Source: Thermoproteota archaeon
Lineage (GTDB): Archaea; Thermoproteota; Nitrososphaeria; Nitrososphaerales; Nitrososphaeraceae
Reading direction: 5' to 3'
DNA length: 55,794 nt
Assembly (NCBI GenBank): GCA_040757615.1
Contig: JBFLWZ010000001.1
Span: 1-55,794, forward strand
The translations under genes and the position numbers were made by a program. Shown one piece after another: positions 27,603 to 39,104 of this stretch; positions within the stretch are counted from its first letter, which is position 1, and the number at the start of each line of letters is the position of its first letter. Below the pieces are notes generated by a model. It had not been told where the DNA came from. It was given only the letters and a program-made list of their open reading frames with translations, and ran no database searches.

Positions 27603-28110
27603 TGATCGCATATTTATACATAATGGCGAATGAGAAAACCCTTACGGCTTCAGTCTTGATACTGTTAACTTAGCGGCGGATCGAGGTATGATCTCTTCTC
27701 CCTGTTGACTGGCAGATGATTAATTATTCGCTCTTCAAGTCAGTTATTGCCCTATCCTACTCCTAATGGCGGATGATTTCTCTGATGCTCAATGATTTTG
27801 TGTTGATCCAGCTCCGCCTCGCTCTGAAACTGGCGCTTGCAAATTTTGCATTCAATGTTCCTATAAGTGGTGCCATGCCTTTTTTCTATATCTTGCACAT
27901 ACAACCACACCATATCTATGATAAATGACAAATTATACCTCGCTTAACCTAGTTAAGTCAAGTCATATTGCTGCAAAGTGGGCTAGCTTTTCTGTCGTTT
28001 CGAATCATGAGCGATATTGTTTAAGCACAGCAATATGTTGTCAGGACAGCAGCATATCAATGAAAAATCCTTTATATCATAACACAACATTATAGCTGCT
28101 TGAGATAAAA

Positions 28111-29442
28111 TTGAGCACACAAATGAGCAGCGCAAGGCGTGGAGTTGCCACCGATGAAATGAAGCAGGTTGCAAAGGATGAAGACATCACTCTGGATTTT
28201 CTTGTCAGAGGCGTTGCCAGCGGCTCGATCATCATTCCAAGAAATAATGCCAGAAGACAAAAGATAAAGGTAGTGGGAATTGGCAAGGGCCTGAGAACCA
28301 AAGTCAATGTTAACATCGGCACGTCAACATTGTATCAAAATTTAGACGAAGAAATCAGCAAGGCCAGGGTCGCCGTCAAGTATGGTGGAGATACAATCAT
28401 GGATCTCTCGGATGGAGGAGACCTTGACCAGATAAGAGAAAAACTGCTCGAAGCCGCGCCTATCACTTTTGGAACTGTCCCAGTATATCAAGCGTATGCG
28501 GCAGGGGTTGCCAAGAAGAACCCGCTTGATATCACAGAAGATGATTTTCTGAATGCATTTGAAAAACATGCCAAGGATGGTGTTGACTATACCACGATCC
28601 ACTCGGGCATTACAAAGGAGCTAGCCAGGCGTGTGCTAGAAGTAAAAAGACATGGAGGCATTGTATCAAAGGGTGGAACGATAACTGCGGCATGGATGCT
28701 CAAATATGACAAAGAGAATCCATACTACGAGCACTTTGATTACATGTGCGAAATTGCGCGCAAGTATGACGTTACTTTCAGTTTGGGCGACGCTTTGAGA
28801 CCTGGATCTATCCTAGACTCACACGACGAACTGCAAGTGGCTGAAATGATCAATGTAGCCCGGCTGGCAAAGAGGGCACACGAGAAGGATGTACAGGTAA
28901 TGATAGAGGGACCCGGACATGTGCCGCTAAATGAAGTGGCAGCAAATGTCAGGCTGGCAAAATCATTGATCGGCGAAATCCCCTACTATGTGCTTGGCCC
29001 ATTAGTAACTGATGTTGCCGCAGGCTATGATCATATCGCCAGCGCCATCGGAGCTGCCATATCTGCTGCCGAAGGTGTAGATTTACTCTGCTATCTAACA
29101 CCTGCTGAACATCTAGCATTGCCAAGTGCAGAGGAGGTCAAAGAAGGCTTGATAGCCTACAGAATAGCGGCTCATGCCGGAGATCTGGTAAAGATAAGAG
29201 AAAAGGCGATCAAGTGGGACATGGCGATGACCGAGGCAAGGCGCACGCTGAACTGGGAGAAGCAGATAGCGCTCTCAATTAACCCGGAGGAAGCGGAGCG
29301 GATCCATACTAGAGAAGGCCAACACCCGGGCAATAATGTCCCATGCACCATGTGCGGGTCTGCATGCGTGTACATAATGCTGCCACAACAGAGACAAAAA
29401 AGTAACTTGGACATAAAAGCGAACGAAACAAACAACTCGTAG
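28111..29442 (+). CDS. thiC: Phosphomethylpyrimidine synthase
   Basis: KVNVNIGTS, GTVPVYQ, SLGDALRPG, EGPGH, YLTPAEHL, CTMCG..C. Confidence 0.96.
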   Translation: MSTQMSSARRGVATDEMKQVAKDEDITLDFLVRGVASGSIIIPRNNARRQKIKVVGIGKGLRTKVNVNIGTSTLYQNLDEEISKARVAVKYGGDTIMDLSDGGDLDQIREKLLEAAPITFGTVPVYQAYAAGVAKKNPLDITEDDFLNAFEKHAKDGVDYTTIHSGITKELARRVLEVKRHGGIVSKGGTITAAWMLKYDKENPYYEHFDYMCEIARKYDVTFSLGDALRPGSILDSHDELQVAEMINVARLAKRAHEKDVQVMIEGPGHVPLNEVAANVRLAKSLIGEIPYYVLGPLVTDVAAGYDHIASAIGAAISAAEGVDLLCYLTPAEHLALPSAEEVKEGLIAYRIAAHAGDLVKIREKAIKWDMAMTEARRTLNWEKQIALSINPEEAERIHTREGQHPGNNVPCTMCGSACVYIMLPQQRQKSNLDIKANETNNS

Positions 29443-29598
29443 CAACAGCAAGTTCTTTTCTCTCTTTTTTTTCCATGGCAAGAAGCATAGAAGCATATAT
29501 GATGACCCGAGGGTCGATAGAAATTGAACTCTAGTTTTGGACAAACTATTCATCTAGAAAATGTCGAAAACAAGTAGATGAGGTGATTTATTGCATCT

Positions 29599-30027
29599 TT
29601 ATTCTCGATGTGTGTAGTTCACCATCCAATGCACACCGAACTTGTCTTCAAGACTACCATAGTAATCGCCCCACGGCTGTTCAGCAATAGGCGTCTCTAT
29701 CTTGCCACCTGCAGAAAGCGCGTTGAATATTCTGTCTGCCTCTTCTTTGCTTTCGGGATGAACTGAAATGTAAAAGTTATTGCCTTGGGTTAGCTTATGT
29801 CCTAGTGACTCAAGGGCGTCGGTTGCCATTAACACGTTTTCTTTTCCAATCGGCAGGCTGATGTGAATGATTTTGTTATAATCCTCTTTGGGAATGACGG
29901 CGCCTTCCATCTGCATATCTTTGAAGCGAATGACAGATGTAAATTCTCCACCAAAAACGGATTTATAGAAATTGAAAGCTTCTTCAGTATTACCTGCAAA
30001 GTTGAGATAAGGGTTGATTTTTGTCAT
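29599..30027 (-). CDS. VOC/PhnB-family protein
   Basis: INPYLNFAGNTEEAFNFY..PWGDYYGSLEDKFGVHWM. Confidence 0.88.
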   Translation of the reverse strand: MTKINPYLNFAGNTEEAFNFYKSVFGGEFTSVIRFKDMQMEGAVIPKEDYNKIIHISLPIGKENVLMATDALESLGHKLTQGNNFYISVHPESKEEADRIFNALSAGGKIETPIAEQPWGDYYGSLEDKFGVHWMVNYTHRE

Positions 30028-30319
30028 AGCCTCTTCCCCCGAAATAAGAATAGTTTGAACGACTTTGCGGACAATTTCATTTTTCCTATTTCTCCATTAG
30101 AACTCACAACTTTAGCTCTTGACATTAAAAATCACCTAGCTTTTGCACTATCAACGGCGACTCCATAAGGATTTCATCGCTAACGCAGCTTCTAGCAGAT
30201 TGTAAATCTCCTTTGTTCATAGGCTCCATAAAAGAAATCACAATTTCACTTGCCCTTTTTGCTGGTGCACTATTTTGCATGCCCACCAATAGGTAGCGTT
30301 GGATTTATCTTCTCATTAA

Positions 30320-31264
30320 GTGGATCTTCCGATTTGGGGAAATTTATATCCCAGGTGGTACGTAAATGGATTGCTGGATTCAAAAGACTTTCAGCTCCTT
30401 GTGTCGCTAGATAATAACGCACGCCAGAGCAACCAGTCATTGGGCAGGCGAGTCTCGCTCTCTGCCCACGCTGTACGAGATCGTCTCGAGCGCTTAAAGA
30501 TGAAGGGTATTCTCCAGGGATTCAACTTGATGATAAATCCAAGTCTGTTCGGCCGCACGGGGCTTGTCCTATTCTTTCATGGAAACTTTCAGCGAAGGAC
30601 AGCACTAGCAGCACTCGCTGCACCAGATGTATCTTGGGTACGCTTGAAACTGGATGGACAGATGATTGCGGGACTATGGACTAAAGATGAAGATAAGAGT
30701 ACTGACCATCTTGCAAGTATCCTAGGGACAAAACCATCTGGACGAATATTCACACCTTGCAAAGGCTCTGCACCAGTTTCAATTGCTGACCTGACAATAA
30801 TGGACGCGCTGGTCGACGACCCAAAGATGTCATTTGGCGATCTTGTAAAGTCTACAGGGTTGAGCCCAAAAACTGTACGCAAACACCTTCACCGTCTCTT
30901 AGAGACGAAAACGATCTCAATCGTGCCTCTTCTCGGGACATTTGCAGATTCTGGAGAGCTGATATATCCGCTGGTAGTCACCGGAAGGGTCAGCATGAAT
31001 GAAGTGAGAAGAATAATGGGCGAGACCGCTCTGTTACGCTCTATTCAGGAACCACCAATGAAGTACATACTTTGCAGGGAAAACTCTCTCGCTGATATGA
31101 TAACTAAAACCCGATCACTAGAGAAGGTTCAGGGAGTCGAGTCTGTCGAAATATCCTTTAATCGAGAGGTGCTGACCTCTACGCGACTCAGACACTCTCT
31201 AATCGAGGAGGAAATTAGGAAGTTGGAAAAGAATCGAAATACCAAGTTGAGTCAACATTATTGA
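30320..31264 (+). CDS. Lrp/AsnC-family regulator with duplicated HTH
   Basis: LDSKDFQLL..NARQS..AVRDRL and a second DLTIMDAL..LSPKTVRKHL; start uncertain. Confidence 0.8.
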   Translation: MDLPIWGNLYPRWYVNGLLDSKDFQLLVSLDNNARQSNQSLGRRVSLSAHAVRDRLERLKMKGILQGFNLMINPSLFGRTGLVLFFHGNFQRRTALAALAAPDVSWVRLKLDGQMIAGLWTKDEDKSTDHLASILGTKPSGRIFTPCKGSAPVSIADLTIMDALVDDPKMSFGDLVKSTGLSPKTVRKHLHRLLETKTISIVPLLGTFADSGELIYPLVVTGRVSMNEVRRIMGETALLRSIQEPPMKYILCRENSLADMITKTRSLEKVQGVESVEISFNREVLTSTRLRHSLIEEEIRKLEKNRNTKLSQHY

Positions 31265-32133
31265 CTTGGTTCGTTCCTACTGCCATGTTTTAGTACTAGG
31301 CAGTTGCCTCATATCAGCGACTCATTTATGCTTGTTGATTGTTCGATGACCATTGGCATAATTATTTGAGAATATCGCTTCTATCAAGCGTCTAATGCAC
31401 CAAAATCGTTGCATAACTTGTTGCATAGGCGCACAGACTCAGATTAACCATGAAAATATACGAATACTAAGCTTTTGCTTCAGCAATCATCAAGTATTAC
31501 TAACCTGCCTATGATCGCCAACTGCCTCTTTATTAAGAGCGAGCTTTCTCTTTCCATGTCGTTACTGTGGACAGGATTCTGATAGTTGCATCATCCTTTT
31601 GAGCTTTTATCCAAATAGTGTGTCATATTGCTTTTGAGCCTTTTGCCGCTCTAACTGTTACACCTAGTTTCAAACTCCCAGAACTCGCTCAACTACACCG
31701 ATCATTAGCCAGCAGAATAGTCCTTGCTGTACATAAACGGGGTATTTGTTACGATATCTCTCAGCTCCAGCGTGTCATTACTTTTGGATATTGCCATTTC
31801 GTGTGCCAAGCCATCTAGAAAGACCGCCTCCACTACCATGATGACTGGCCCCCTACCCGGCGTAATTCTACAAAACATTTGAGTTAGAATACATGTCCTC
31901 TGATGGTCGTCTGGTAACTTGACTGGTGGTTCTCCCCCTGTCAAAGTTCTTTCTCAGATACTACAACGTTTTGACTTCTTTCTATGGTTTTCAGAACTGC
32001 CACGTGTGTTAAAATCTCCTTCTTAGAAATGCAAATCACTGAATCATTTTGAATTGCAATGAAATATTACCTACAAAGCTATCCTTCTATCATACTACTA
32101 AAATAACTTGATTTTGAAAATCTGTGCTATATC

Positions 32134-32730
32134 ATGAGCACTTCAAGCAAAACAACAGACGTTGTGACCGTCGCTGCAATAGCTATTGGATTCTCTCTGT
32201 TGGTATCAGCAGCGCAGTTTGTTTCCTGGTCATTATTTGTATTGCCTATCGGTAGAGCAGAGGCCTCTCCAGAGTTTGATTTCAGCAATGTACGAGATGT
32301 TGTCGTTACGACTGAGGATGATACAGAATTTATCATCAACCCGGATTTTACAAACTTTGAAGATGATATTCTCGGTTTCGTAGTGATTAAGAATGTTGAA
32401 GCAAAAGATGCGAAAAACCTGCAAGCTGACCGCGGGGAGGAATTAACTATGAGATTTGATTGCCCTGTAGAGGTGTGTTCTAGTCCGTTTGACGCATCAA
32501 TATTTGTTGTGGATAAAAACACGCCGAATAAAGACCTTGGAAGTGGCGGTGTTACTGGCGAAATAGACCCGATAGGATTGACTCAGGTAGATTGCGATGA
32601 TGTGGATTGTGAAGAGGCTTTTAGTTTTACGATTCCAGATGACATTGACGAAGGCAAATACAAGTTAGTTATTGATGCCGATCACGATGAATCGCATTTC
32701 GTATACATAAACAAGATTCGCATATTGTAG
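32134..32730 (+). CDS. Secreted acidic hypothetical protein
   Basis: Hydrophobic signal ending AEA; beta-rich acidic body. Confidence 0.65.
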   Translation: MSTSSKTTDVVTVAAIAIGFSLLVSAAQFVSWSLFVLPIGRAEASPEFDFSNVRDVVVTTEDDTEFIINPDFTNFEDDILGFVVIKNVEAKDAKNLQADRGEELTMRFDCPVEVCSSPFDASIFVVDKNTPNKDLGSGGVTGEIDPIGLTQVDCDDVDCEEAFSFTIPDDIDEGKYKLVIDADHDESHFVYINKIRIL

Positions 32731-33316
32731 ATTAGAGTAGAGTAGAGAGAAGCTGGAAAGTTGTTCTCCTTCGTTTCCAACGCTTCAACAGGCACATAGC
32801 CTTTGCCTTGTATTACGACCTTGTCACTTTTGACAACGGCATCATAAAGCTGCCATTGCGGCAACCCTCAACATTCAACAAAAAAACAACTGCGATTTCT
32901 CTGGTGTCCGCGATGACAGAGGCCTGAAAAATGAATAGTCTTCTCCATACTCTCCTCTGCCGCTGTGGGACCGACAGAACTTTAATTTTGGACAAATTAT
33001 TCATCTAGAAACCAGTAGCTACCGCGGATTTGTCAGCGCCTCCAGCTGAAATCCAGTCATCTCTTTGCAAACAATAAGCCAGTTCCAGACACCGGGCGAT
33101 GTTGTCCCATGTTCTGAACATATGTCAGTAAATATTGTGTGCAATAGGGAGATGTATGCTTAATTTTCCGAATATTCATCAGGAAAAATCATATAATCAG
33201 TTTAATGCATTTTGAATAATTCCAATTAATGATCATTGACTTTAAGATGATTACAATAAAATGAAGAAAAATAGAAAGAAAAATAAACTAGGGTTATAGT
33301 AATTTCATGAGACAAA

Positions 33317-33841
33317 TTGACCTCTAATAACGAAAGCATAACCATAAGGATCGATAAGAAGTTAGTCAATAGGCTGAAGAGGATCTGCGAAGAAAAAAAG
33401 ATGAGCGTCAACACATTGTGCAACCAAATTCTTACTCAATATGACCAGTGGCATGCGCATGCGGCTAAAGCGGGTATGCACTATTATTCGAGAGAATTTG
33501 TCAGACTTGTAACAGATACACTGTCAAGAGAACAGCTGGCAGCGCTGGCAAGAGACGTGGCGGTGAGGGAGATCAAGAGTCGCGTTCTTCTCCTGAAAGG
33601 GGAGTTCACTCTTTCCGCATTTCTCGACACGTTTGTTCGATGGCTAAGCGCATCCAATCTCCAATTCAGGCATGAGATTGAAGATCACACCCACATGTTC
33701 GTCATAGTCCATGAAATCGGGGAGAAATGGTCGATATATCTTGCGGAATACTTGCACAGTGCCATCAAGCAATTCAATTGCAGAGAATACCATATTGACT
33801 ATACAAACAACACCGTCATGCTCAAAATAGATGTGCCATAG
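33317..33841 (+). CDS. Ribbon-helix-helix protein with C-terminal domain
   Basis: SITIRIDKKL..MSVNTLCNQIL. Confidence 0.72.
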   Translation: MTSNNESITIRIDKKLVNRLKRICEEKKMSVNTLCNQILTQYDQWHAHAAKAGMHYYSREFVRLVTDTLSREQLAALARDVAVREIKSRVLLLKGEFTLSAFLDTFVRWLSASNLQFRHEIEDHTHMFVIVHEIGEKWSIYLAEYLHSAIKQFNCREYHIDYTNNTVMLKIDVP

Positions 33842-33939
33842 CAACTGACGCGCGATGAAACGAAGCAGGTCTGTCATCGCTTCGGCCGCAACGTTTGGGA
33901 TTTCGTTACGCCTGGTATGATGATGATGATGACGATGCC

Positions 33940-35481
33940 CTACCCGCCGCCGGCGATGTCAAGGATATCGTTCTGAAGGAGCTCATCAAACATCTGTGAG
34001 AGGAACAGGTCTACGCCATAAACTACTACTCCTCCTATTATCATCATAATGGCTATGTTAAACCAGACGGTTTCGTATAGCCCGCCTTGGGAGATCTTTA
34101 CCATCAGAGCATTGATAGCAGATAACGTCAGTGTCATGACCGGTATCATTAATGTCATGAGCCCCGGATCTATTGGCTGAATCAGGATTATGCTCATGTT
34201 TCCCTGCAGCTGGCCGAAAATCGCTGAAAAGAATTCTATCAGTTTGTTCATAAGCCCAAACACCGCCAACGTCAACACATGAAGGATCAGCGCTGTTGAT
34301 TCAAAAGCGGAAGATGCCTGAAGCCTTTTCTTCCTTAATTCAAGGAACTTGTTGTTGACGGTCGCCAAGGTTTCGCCCACCAGCGCCATGTCGCATCCTT
34401 TCACGATTGATTTTACCATAATGGTATTCCCATCGGTTATTAAGACGCTCCCAGTTTCTTTGGAGAACAGATCGAACGATTCTTCGACCGATGTCCTGTT
34501 GAGGATCCTATTTAACATCGCTTCCACATAATTGCCGAGGATGCCGAAATCGCTCCTGAGAACAGTCCGCAGCGTCTGGCTCATCGAGCCGACTGTTGAA
34601 TACACTTCTCCGAAATGCCGCAGGAATGACGCGTAGACATCATCCATCTTCCTTATGCGGGATTCTACTTTTTTTGCAGCCATGCCCGGCAACAGCAGGG
34701 GAGCAGCCGATGCGGAAATTGCAAGCTCTGTTGGAATTGCTGAAGTATAGATTAGCAGCCCCCCAAGGGAGGTGCCTATAGCAAGGGCAACGTAAAGCGT
34801 CTTCTTGAATTTTGCCAAGTGGTCCGGACCCTGCCTGCTCTTGTGCAGGAGGCGATCTTTCGGATACATCAGATGCATTATCAATCCAAACACGGCCAGA
34901 ACCCCTGTCAAAGAGCCTATGCTTAAAACGACCATTTCCTGGCCGCCGCCTGTGCCAAGCATGTTGAGTATTACAATTGCAGCGACCATGAACGCGGATG
35001 TTGACATGAGCGTCGAATACATCCCAAGCATGAGCTTGAGGGATTCCATGCTTCGCTCGTAGGAAGCGGAATAGTATTGCATTATTGAATGCAGCTCGCC
35101 TTTGAAGAATGTCTTCAGGTCGTCTCCAAGCCGGAATACCTGACCTGTCTTCAAAATAAAGGTCTTGAACTCACTCGTTTTTAGTCCAAGGGCGATCCTT
35201 TCGCATGAATTGCTCAACCCGTATCGCCACTTTATCCCAAGGATATACACATTCATGACTGTGGACGAGTAAAAGCCGTATCCAGCCGAGCCCGCAGTCC
35301 TCAGCAGCTCGGAGGGAGAGATTTCTCCTGTGGACAGACTGAAAACAAGCAGCACGAAATACACGATCTTTTCATCGAGCACCCGCAACGCTTGCTTCCC
35401 ATTGCGCTGGCTGTTGGCACTGTCCTCGCCAGAACTGTCTCCACCTCTTGACAGCAATTTCTTGACAAAATCTAACTGCAT
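33940..35481 (-). CDS. flaJ: Archaellum platform protein ArlJ/FlaJ
   Basis: Two GspF-like repeats with TM bundles; follows flaI. Confidence 0.88.
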   Translation of the reverse strand: MQLDFVKKLLSRGGDSSGEDSANSQRNGKQALRVLDEKIVYFVLLVFSLSTGEISPSELLRTAGSAGYGFYSSTVMNVYILGIKWRYGLSNSCERIALGLKTSEFKTFILKTGQVFRLGDDLKTFFKGELHSIMQYYSASYERSMESLKLMLGMYSTLMSTSAFMVAAIVILNMLGTGGGQEMVVLSIGSLTGVLAVFGLIMHLMYPKDRLLHKSRQGPDHLAKFKKTLYVALAIGTSLGGLLIYTSAIPTELAISASAAPLLLPGMAAKKVESRIRKMDDVYASFLRHFGEVYSTVGSMSQTLRTVLRSDFGILGNYVEAMLNRILNRTSVEESFDLFSKETGSVLITDGNTIMVKSIVKGCDMALVGETLATVNNKFLELRKKRLQASSAFESTALILHVLTLAVFGLMNKLIEFFSAIFGQLQGNMSIILIQPIDPGLMTLMIPVMTLTLSAINALMVKISQGGLYETVWFNIAIMMIIGGVVVYGVDLFLSQMFDELLQNDILDIAGGG

Positions 35482-35507
35482 TTTCTTTGTTTCATCTTCT
35501 CCATTTT

Positions 35508-37250
35508 CTAGGTTCGATTCAGCACCGTGTTGAGGTAAGCCTCAACCCCGATCTCCTTTACTTTCGTAATTCGATGGTAAACATCAAAGTAATCGAATAT
35601 CTTTTGCTCGACCATTCGTTCGAGTATCTTGGCGCGCAGCTCCAGCTCCTCGTACAGCAGCCCTTCATCTTTTCTAGACAGCCCTCTCCGAAGCAATAGC
35701 TTTGTGAGAAAGAGGCTGCTGCTTCCCTTACCTCTGTATGAAGCAGTGTCCGTAGCAGGGTCCCAGTTAAACACGGGGATGAACAAGACGTTGTCTGTAA
35801 CTCCGCTATACCCGATTATCTCATTTATTGTCATCACCCTTCGGACCATTTTTCCGTCCTTGCCCTGGACCGCGCTCTGGAAAAGAGCGATGTTGAGGTT
35901 GTCTATGTGTGTCTTTGGAACGCTTATTGGAATGCCAGTGAGCCTCTGTATCAGGCTTTGCACTGACGCGGCATGGAAGGTGCTCATGACAGGGTGGCCC
36001 GTTTGCATGGCCTGAAATGCGACGTTTCCTTCTGCCCCCCTTATTTCTCCAACCAGGATATAGTTCGGCCGCTGACGCAAGGCGGCCTTTAGCAGGTCAA
36101 ACATGGTTACGCTGGAATGCGGGTTGCCTGTGTCGCGAGTTATCTCGTTCACCCAGTTCGGGTGAGGCAGTGAAATCTCCGGAGTATCTTCAATGCTCAC
36201 TATCTTGAATGTCGACGGGATGAAGGCGCTGATCGCCGTCATGGTAGTGGTCTTGCCGGAAGCCGTTTCGCCACATATGAAAACGCTCATTCCCTCACCG
36301 AGCATCATCCACAGGTATGCTGCCTCTTTCGAATCAAGCGTCTTTGAAGATATTATCTGCGTGATCGACAATGGAACCTTGGCGAACTTCCTGATTGTCG
36401 CGTTGGTGCCTTTCCTGCTTATGTCCCTTCCAAAGATTACATTTATCCTGGATCCTTCCGGGAGGGTCGTGTCTATGACAGGCCTTGCATGCGAAACAGT
36501 CTTGCCGAACTGCTCCGACAGCCCGATTATCAGGTCGTCGATCTCTTCTTCGTTTAATAAGACTGGCACCCTGAGCGAGCCGAATATTTTATGGACGACG
36601 TAGATGTTTCCGGCTCCTGCAACAGACACGTCTTCAAGATACGGGTCCGTCAGAAACGGCTCTAGGAGCCCCGACCCCAGCCGCCTCCTGATGAAGTGAT
36701 AGCGCAGGCTGGGAAAGTCTCCTCGGTATATGGGGATCTTTCTTGCAAGCTTCCCGATCCAGCTTCCTCTCTGCACAGTATTCTTGCCATAGTCTACCGG
36801 CGCGTCTGACAGGGTGCAGAATTTCTCCAGGAATTTGTCCACCAGGTATAGCCTCTTTTCATACTCCTCTGGAGGTCTGATCACGCCGGCTTCCATCGAA
36901 AAGAGCCTGTCGACCTCTCCTAGAAGGCGCAGATCGGGCATCGCAGGTTCTACTATCGTGTAGTTTGCATATCCGTCATTATTGTCGTCGTCTTCGTCGC
37001 CGCTTGCCTTCAAGGTCGCCGGTGAGGAATTGATATGTATGAAAATCTGATTTCCGACTGGATAGATCAGGTTAGGGCTCTGCAGAGATTTCATGCTGGA
37101 TTCGACGCGTTCATAAAATACCGGTACCGGGAGGCCGCGTCTGGCAAGACCTAGCACGTACCCTTCAAGATGTGGGGCTTCCTTCATCGCCCGGATGAAT
37201 TTCCTGTCTTTTATCGCGCTTGTGCTCGACATTTCGCCACCTGTCACCAT
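35508..37250 (-). CDS. flaI: Archaellum motor ATPase ArlI/FlaI
   Basis: GETASGKT, SIEDTPE, LRQRPNYILVGEIRG, TGH..STFHA. Confidence 0.94.
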   Translation of the reverse strand: MVTGGEMSSTSAIKDRKFIRAMKEAPHLEGYVLGLARRGLPVPVFYERVESSMKSLQSPNLIYPVGNQIFIHINSSPATLKASGDEDDDNNDGYANYTIVEPAMPDLRLLGEVDRLFSMEAGVIRPPEEYEKRLYLVDKFLEKFCTLSDAPVDYGKNTVQRGSWIGKLARKIPIYRGDFPSLRYHFIRRRLGSGLLEPFLTDPYLEDVSVAGAGNIYVVHKIFGSLRVPVLLNEEEIDDLIIGLSEQFGKTVSHARPVIDTTLPEGSRINVIFGRDISRKGTNATIRKFAKVPLSITQIISSKTLDSKEAAYLWMMLGEGMSVFICGETASGKTTTMTAISAFIPSTFKIVSIEDTPEISLPHPNWVNEITRDTGNPHSSVTMFDLLKAALRQRPNYILVGEIRGAEGNVAFQAMQTGHPVMSTFHAASVQSLIQRLTGIPISVPKTHIDNLNIALFQSAVQGKDGKMVRRVMTINEIIGYSGVTDNVLFIPVFNWDPATDTASYRGKGSSSLFLTKLLLRRGLSRKDEGLLYEELELRAKILERMVEQKIFDYFDVYHRITKVKEIGVEAYLNTVLNRT

Positions 37251-37267
37251 TCTTTTGTACCATCCCT

Positions 37268-38005
37268 CTATGCATTTGCGGTCGAAAGCGGAAGTATCTT
37301 GATCCCAAAAGTCTGATCCACGTCAAAGCTGAACTGCGAGGTCACCTGTGAAGAGGAACCGAGTAGCTTCACAACCTCAGCCACCTTCACGCTCCTCCCC
37401 GCTATGCTGCTTGACGCGAGCCGCACGTAGCCATCGCATGTTGACCTGATTCGCAGGGCCGCCTCTTCTGATACCGCATTGGGATGTATTGTTATGATGA
37501 CTGTCATACCGTTGGAAACAAAGTGCTTGCAAGCCGAGAAAAAGTCCATGATGGTGCTGCTTTCGATGTGCTGTGTCAACATCGAGAGCGAGTCGATGAC
37601 AACTACATCAAATTTCTTCGAATTTACATGTATGTACCTCCTGATCACGGGCAAGAGGTGCTTGGAGAAGGTCCCCGACCATGTTATCCCATCAATCTGC
37701 AGCGAAAGGATGTGAAGGTAATTCTTGAGAAAATAGCTGCTGAAGTTGAAGGTGATTGTTTTCATCTTCGATATGTATTCTCGGATAGTGCTCTCCGTAG
37801 TGATGTAGAGCACGCGCTTTTCAGAATCAAGCATACCCTTCATGAATTGTGCTACCAGTGCACTCTTGCCGGCTCCGTGTTCGCCTTCTATGAGCATCAG
37901 CATGGGTACAGGAATGCCTCCCCCCATCTGCCTGTCTACTTCCTCGTTGCTCGTGGATATGGTGGCGGCGTGCGACGACGGCTGCCATGACTCAGGTCTG
38001 ATCAA
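37268..38005 (-). CDS. flaH: ArlH/FlaH KaiC-like ATP-binding protein
   Basis: MGGGIP, GEHGAGKS, VVIDS, TIHP. Confidence 0.92.
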   Translation of the reverse strand: MIRPESWQPSSHAATISTSNEEVDRQMGGGIPVPMLMLIEGEHGAGKSALVAQFMKGMLDSEKRVLYITTESTIREYISKMKTITFNFSSYFLKNYLHILSLQIDGITWSGTFSKHLLPVIRRYIHVNSKKFDVVVIDSLSMLTQHIESSTIMDFFSACKHFVSNGMTVIITIHPNAVSEEAALRIRSTCDGYVRLASSSIAGRSVKVAEVVKLLGSSSQVTSQFSFDVDQTFGIKILPLSTANA

Positions 38006-38008
38006 TTC

Positions 38009-38539
38009 TCAGCTCACCACTCCTGATCTGCTTGCCAAGCTTCCGTTTTCTGTCGATATGATGATCGTCACTATGCCCCCGGGGTATGCTGGATGCTCAA
38101 GCCTGCATTTGATCTCCATCTTTTCTCCACTGTTTACGATTCCAGGGTCAGCGAAATCGTCCACAAACTGGCGTATTCCCCAGCTGCCGGCCGGCACGGC
38201 CGTCGTGACTCCTGCATATTCGAGCTCCTCCGTCAACCTTGTCTTTGTAGCGGTGATGTTGGCATCATAAGTCACCAGAACATTGAAGTTTTCATAGTTC
38301 CATAGTTTTTCTGAGCCGATATTGCTGATGACGGCCAGTGCGGTGTCGTCGTTCGGAGTGGCCTGTATTGATTCGATCGAAACGGATGTCCCAAGCAGGG
38401 CAATGTCTGCATCCAGCCTGTCAGACGATGTCCGGCTCAGAATCGCATAGTTTGCGTTGGCGCCGCCTTCAAAAGCTATGACCATGCTAACAATCGCCAT
38501 CATCATGATGCCCCCAGAAATTGCGACACCAAAACCCAT
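38009..38539 (-). CDS. flaF: ArlF/FlaF
   Basis: MGFGVAISG N-terminus, NIGSEKL, STENG; operon position. Confidence 0.82.
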   Translation of the reverse strand: MGFGVAISGGIMMMAIVSMVIAFEGGANANYAILSRTSSDRLDADIALLGTSVSIESIQATPNDDTALAVISNIGSEKLWNYENFNVLVTYDANITATKTRLTEELEYAGVTTAVPAGSWGIRQFVDDFADPGIVNSGEKMEIKCRLEHPAYPGGIVTIIISTENGSLASRSGVVS

Positions 38540-38619
38540 CTTCGATCATTGCTCACCATTTCATTCCACGCCTTGTGCAGAGGTTAGAGGTCAGTAGCAC
38601 TACCAGTTTGTCTCTCCTC

Positions 38620-39090
38620 TCAAATTGAAAAGATGTAATCATCGCTAACACCATTTGGAGCCGTGACCATTACGGTGTAAATGGCACCCTCCTGCAAGGC
38701 ATTGTCAAGCGTTATCTCAATCTCAAGTGTGCCGCCAGCCTTCCACAGCAGATCTGGATTGTTCCCAAAAGTCCATTGAGGAGTCGAGCCTGTGTCGTAG
38801 GGAATTCTCTGGACAGAGCCCAATTCGCCAAAGTAGACGTCTACTGACTCAAGAGTGTCTATCGGAGCGACGCCAACATTTTTCACCCAGATATTGACTT
38901 GAGTGGAGGACGAATTTGTAGCGTATATCACCTTCAATCTGGTGAGGATTACATCCTTTTGCGCATCTGTTGAGGCTGAGAATGCCGACTGGAACACTCC
39001 CATCTTGTTGATGGCCATCCCCGACAGCCCAGCCGCGACTATTACTGATGCTATCAGGACTATTCCTTCGCTCATGATCACACTTACCAT
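38620..39090 (-). CDS. flaG: ArlG/FlaG
   Basis: SEGIVLIASVIVA, IWVKNVG, APNG. Confidence 0.86.
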   Translation of the reverse strand: MVSVIMSEGIVLIASVIVAAGLSGMAINKMGVFQSAFSASTDAQKDVILTRLKVIYATNSSSTQVNIWVKNVGVAPIDTLESVDVYFGELGSVQRIPYDTGSTPQWTFGNNPDLLWKAGGTLEIEITLDNALQEGAIYTVMVTAPNGVSDDYIFSI

Positions 39091-39104
39091 CGATCAGTCA
39101 CCAC

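Noticed and set aside
27700-28110. TPP riboswitch upstream of thiC
   Set aside because: No recognisable TPP aptamer consensus; the TATA box is only about 35 nt from the start, leaving no room for a leader.
31265-32130. Short ORFs in a long AT-rich gap
   Set aside because: No recognisable motifs; probably decayed sequence that cannot be assigned without a search.
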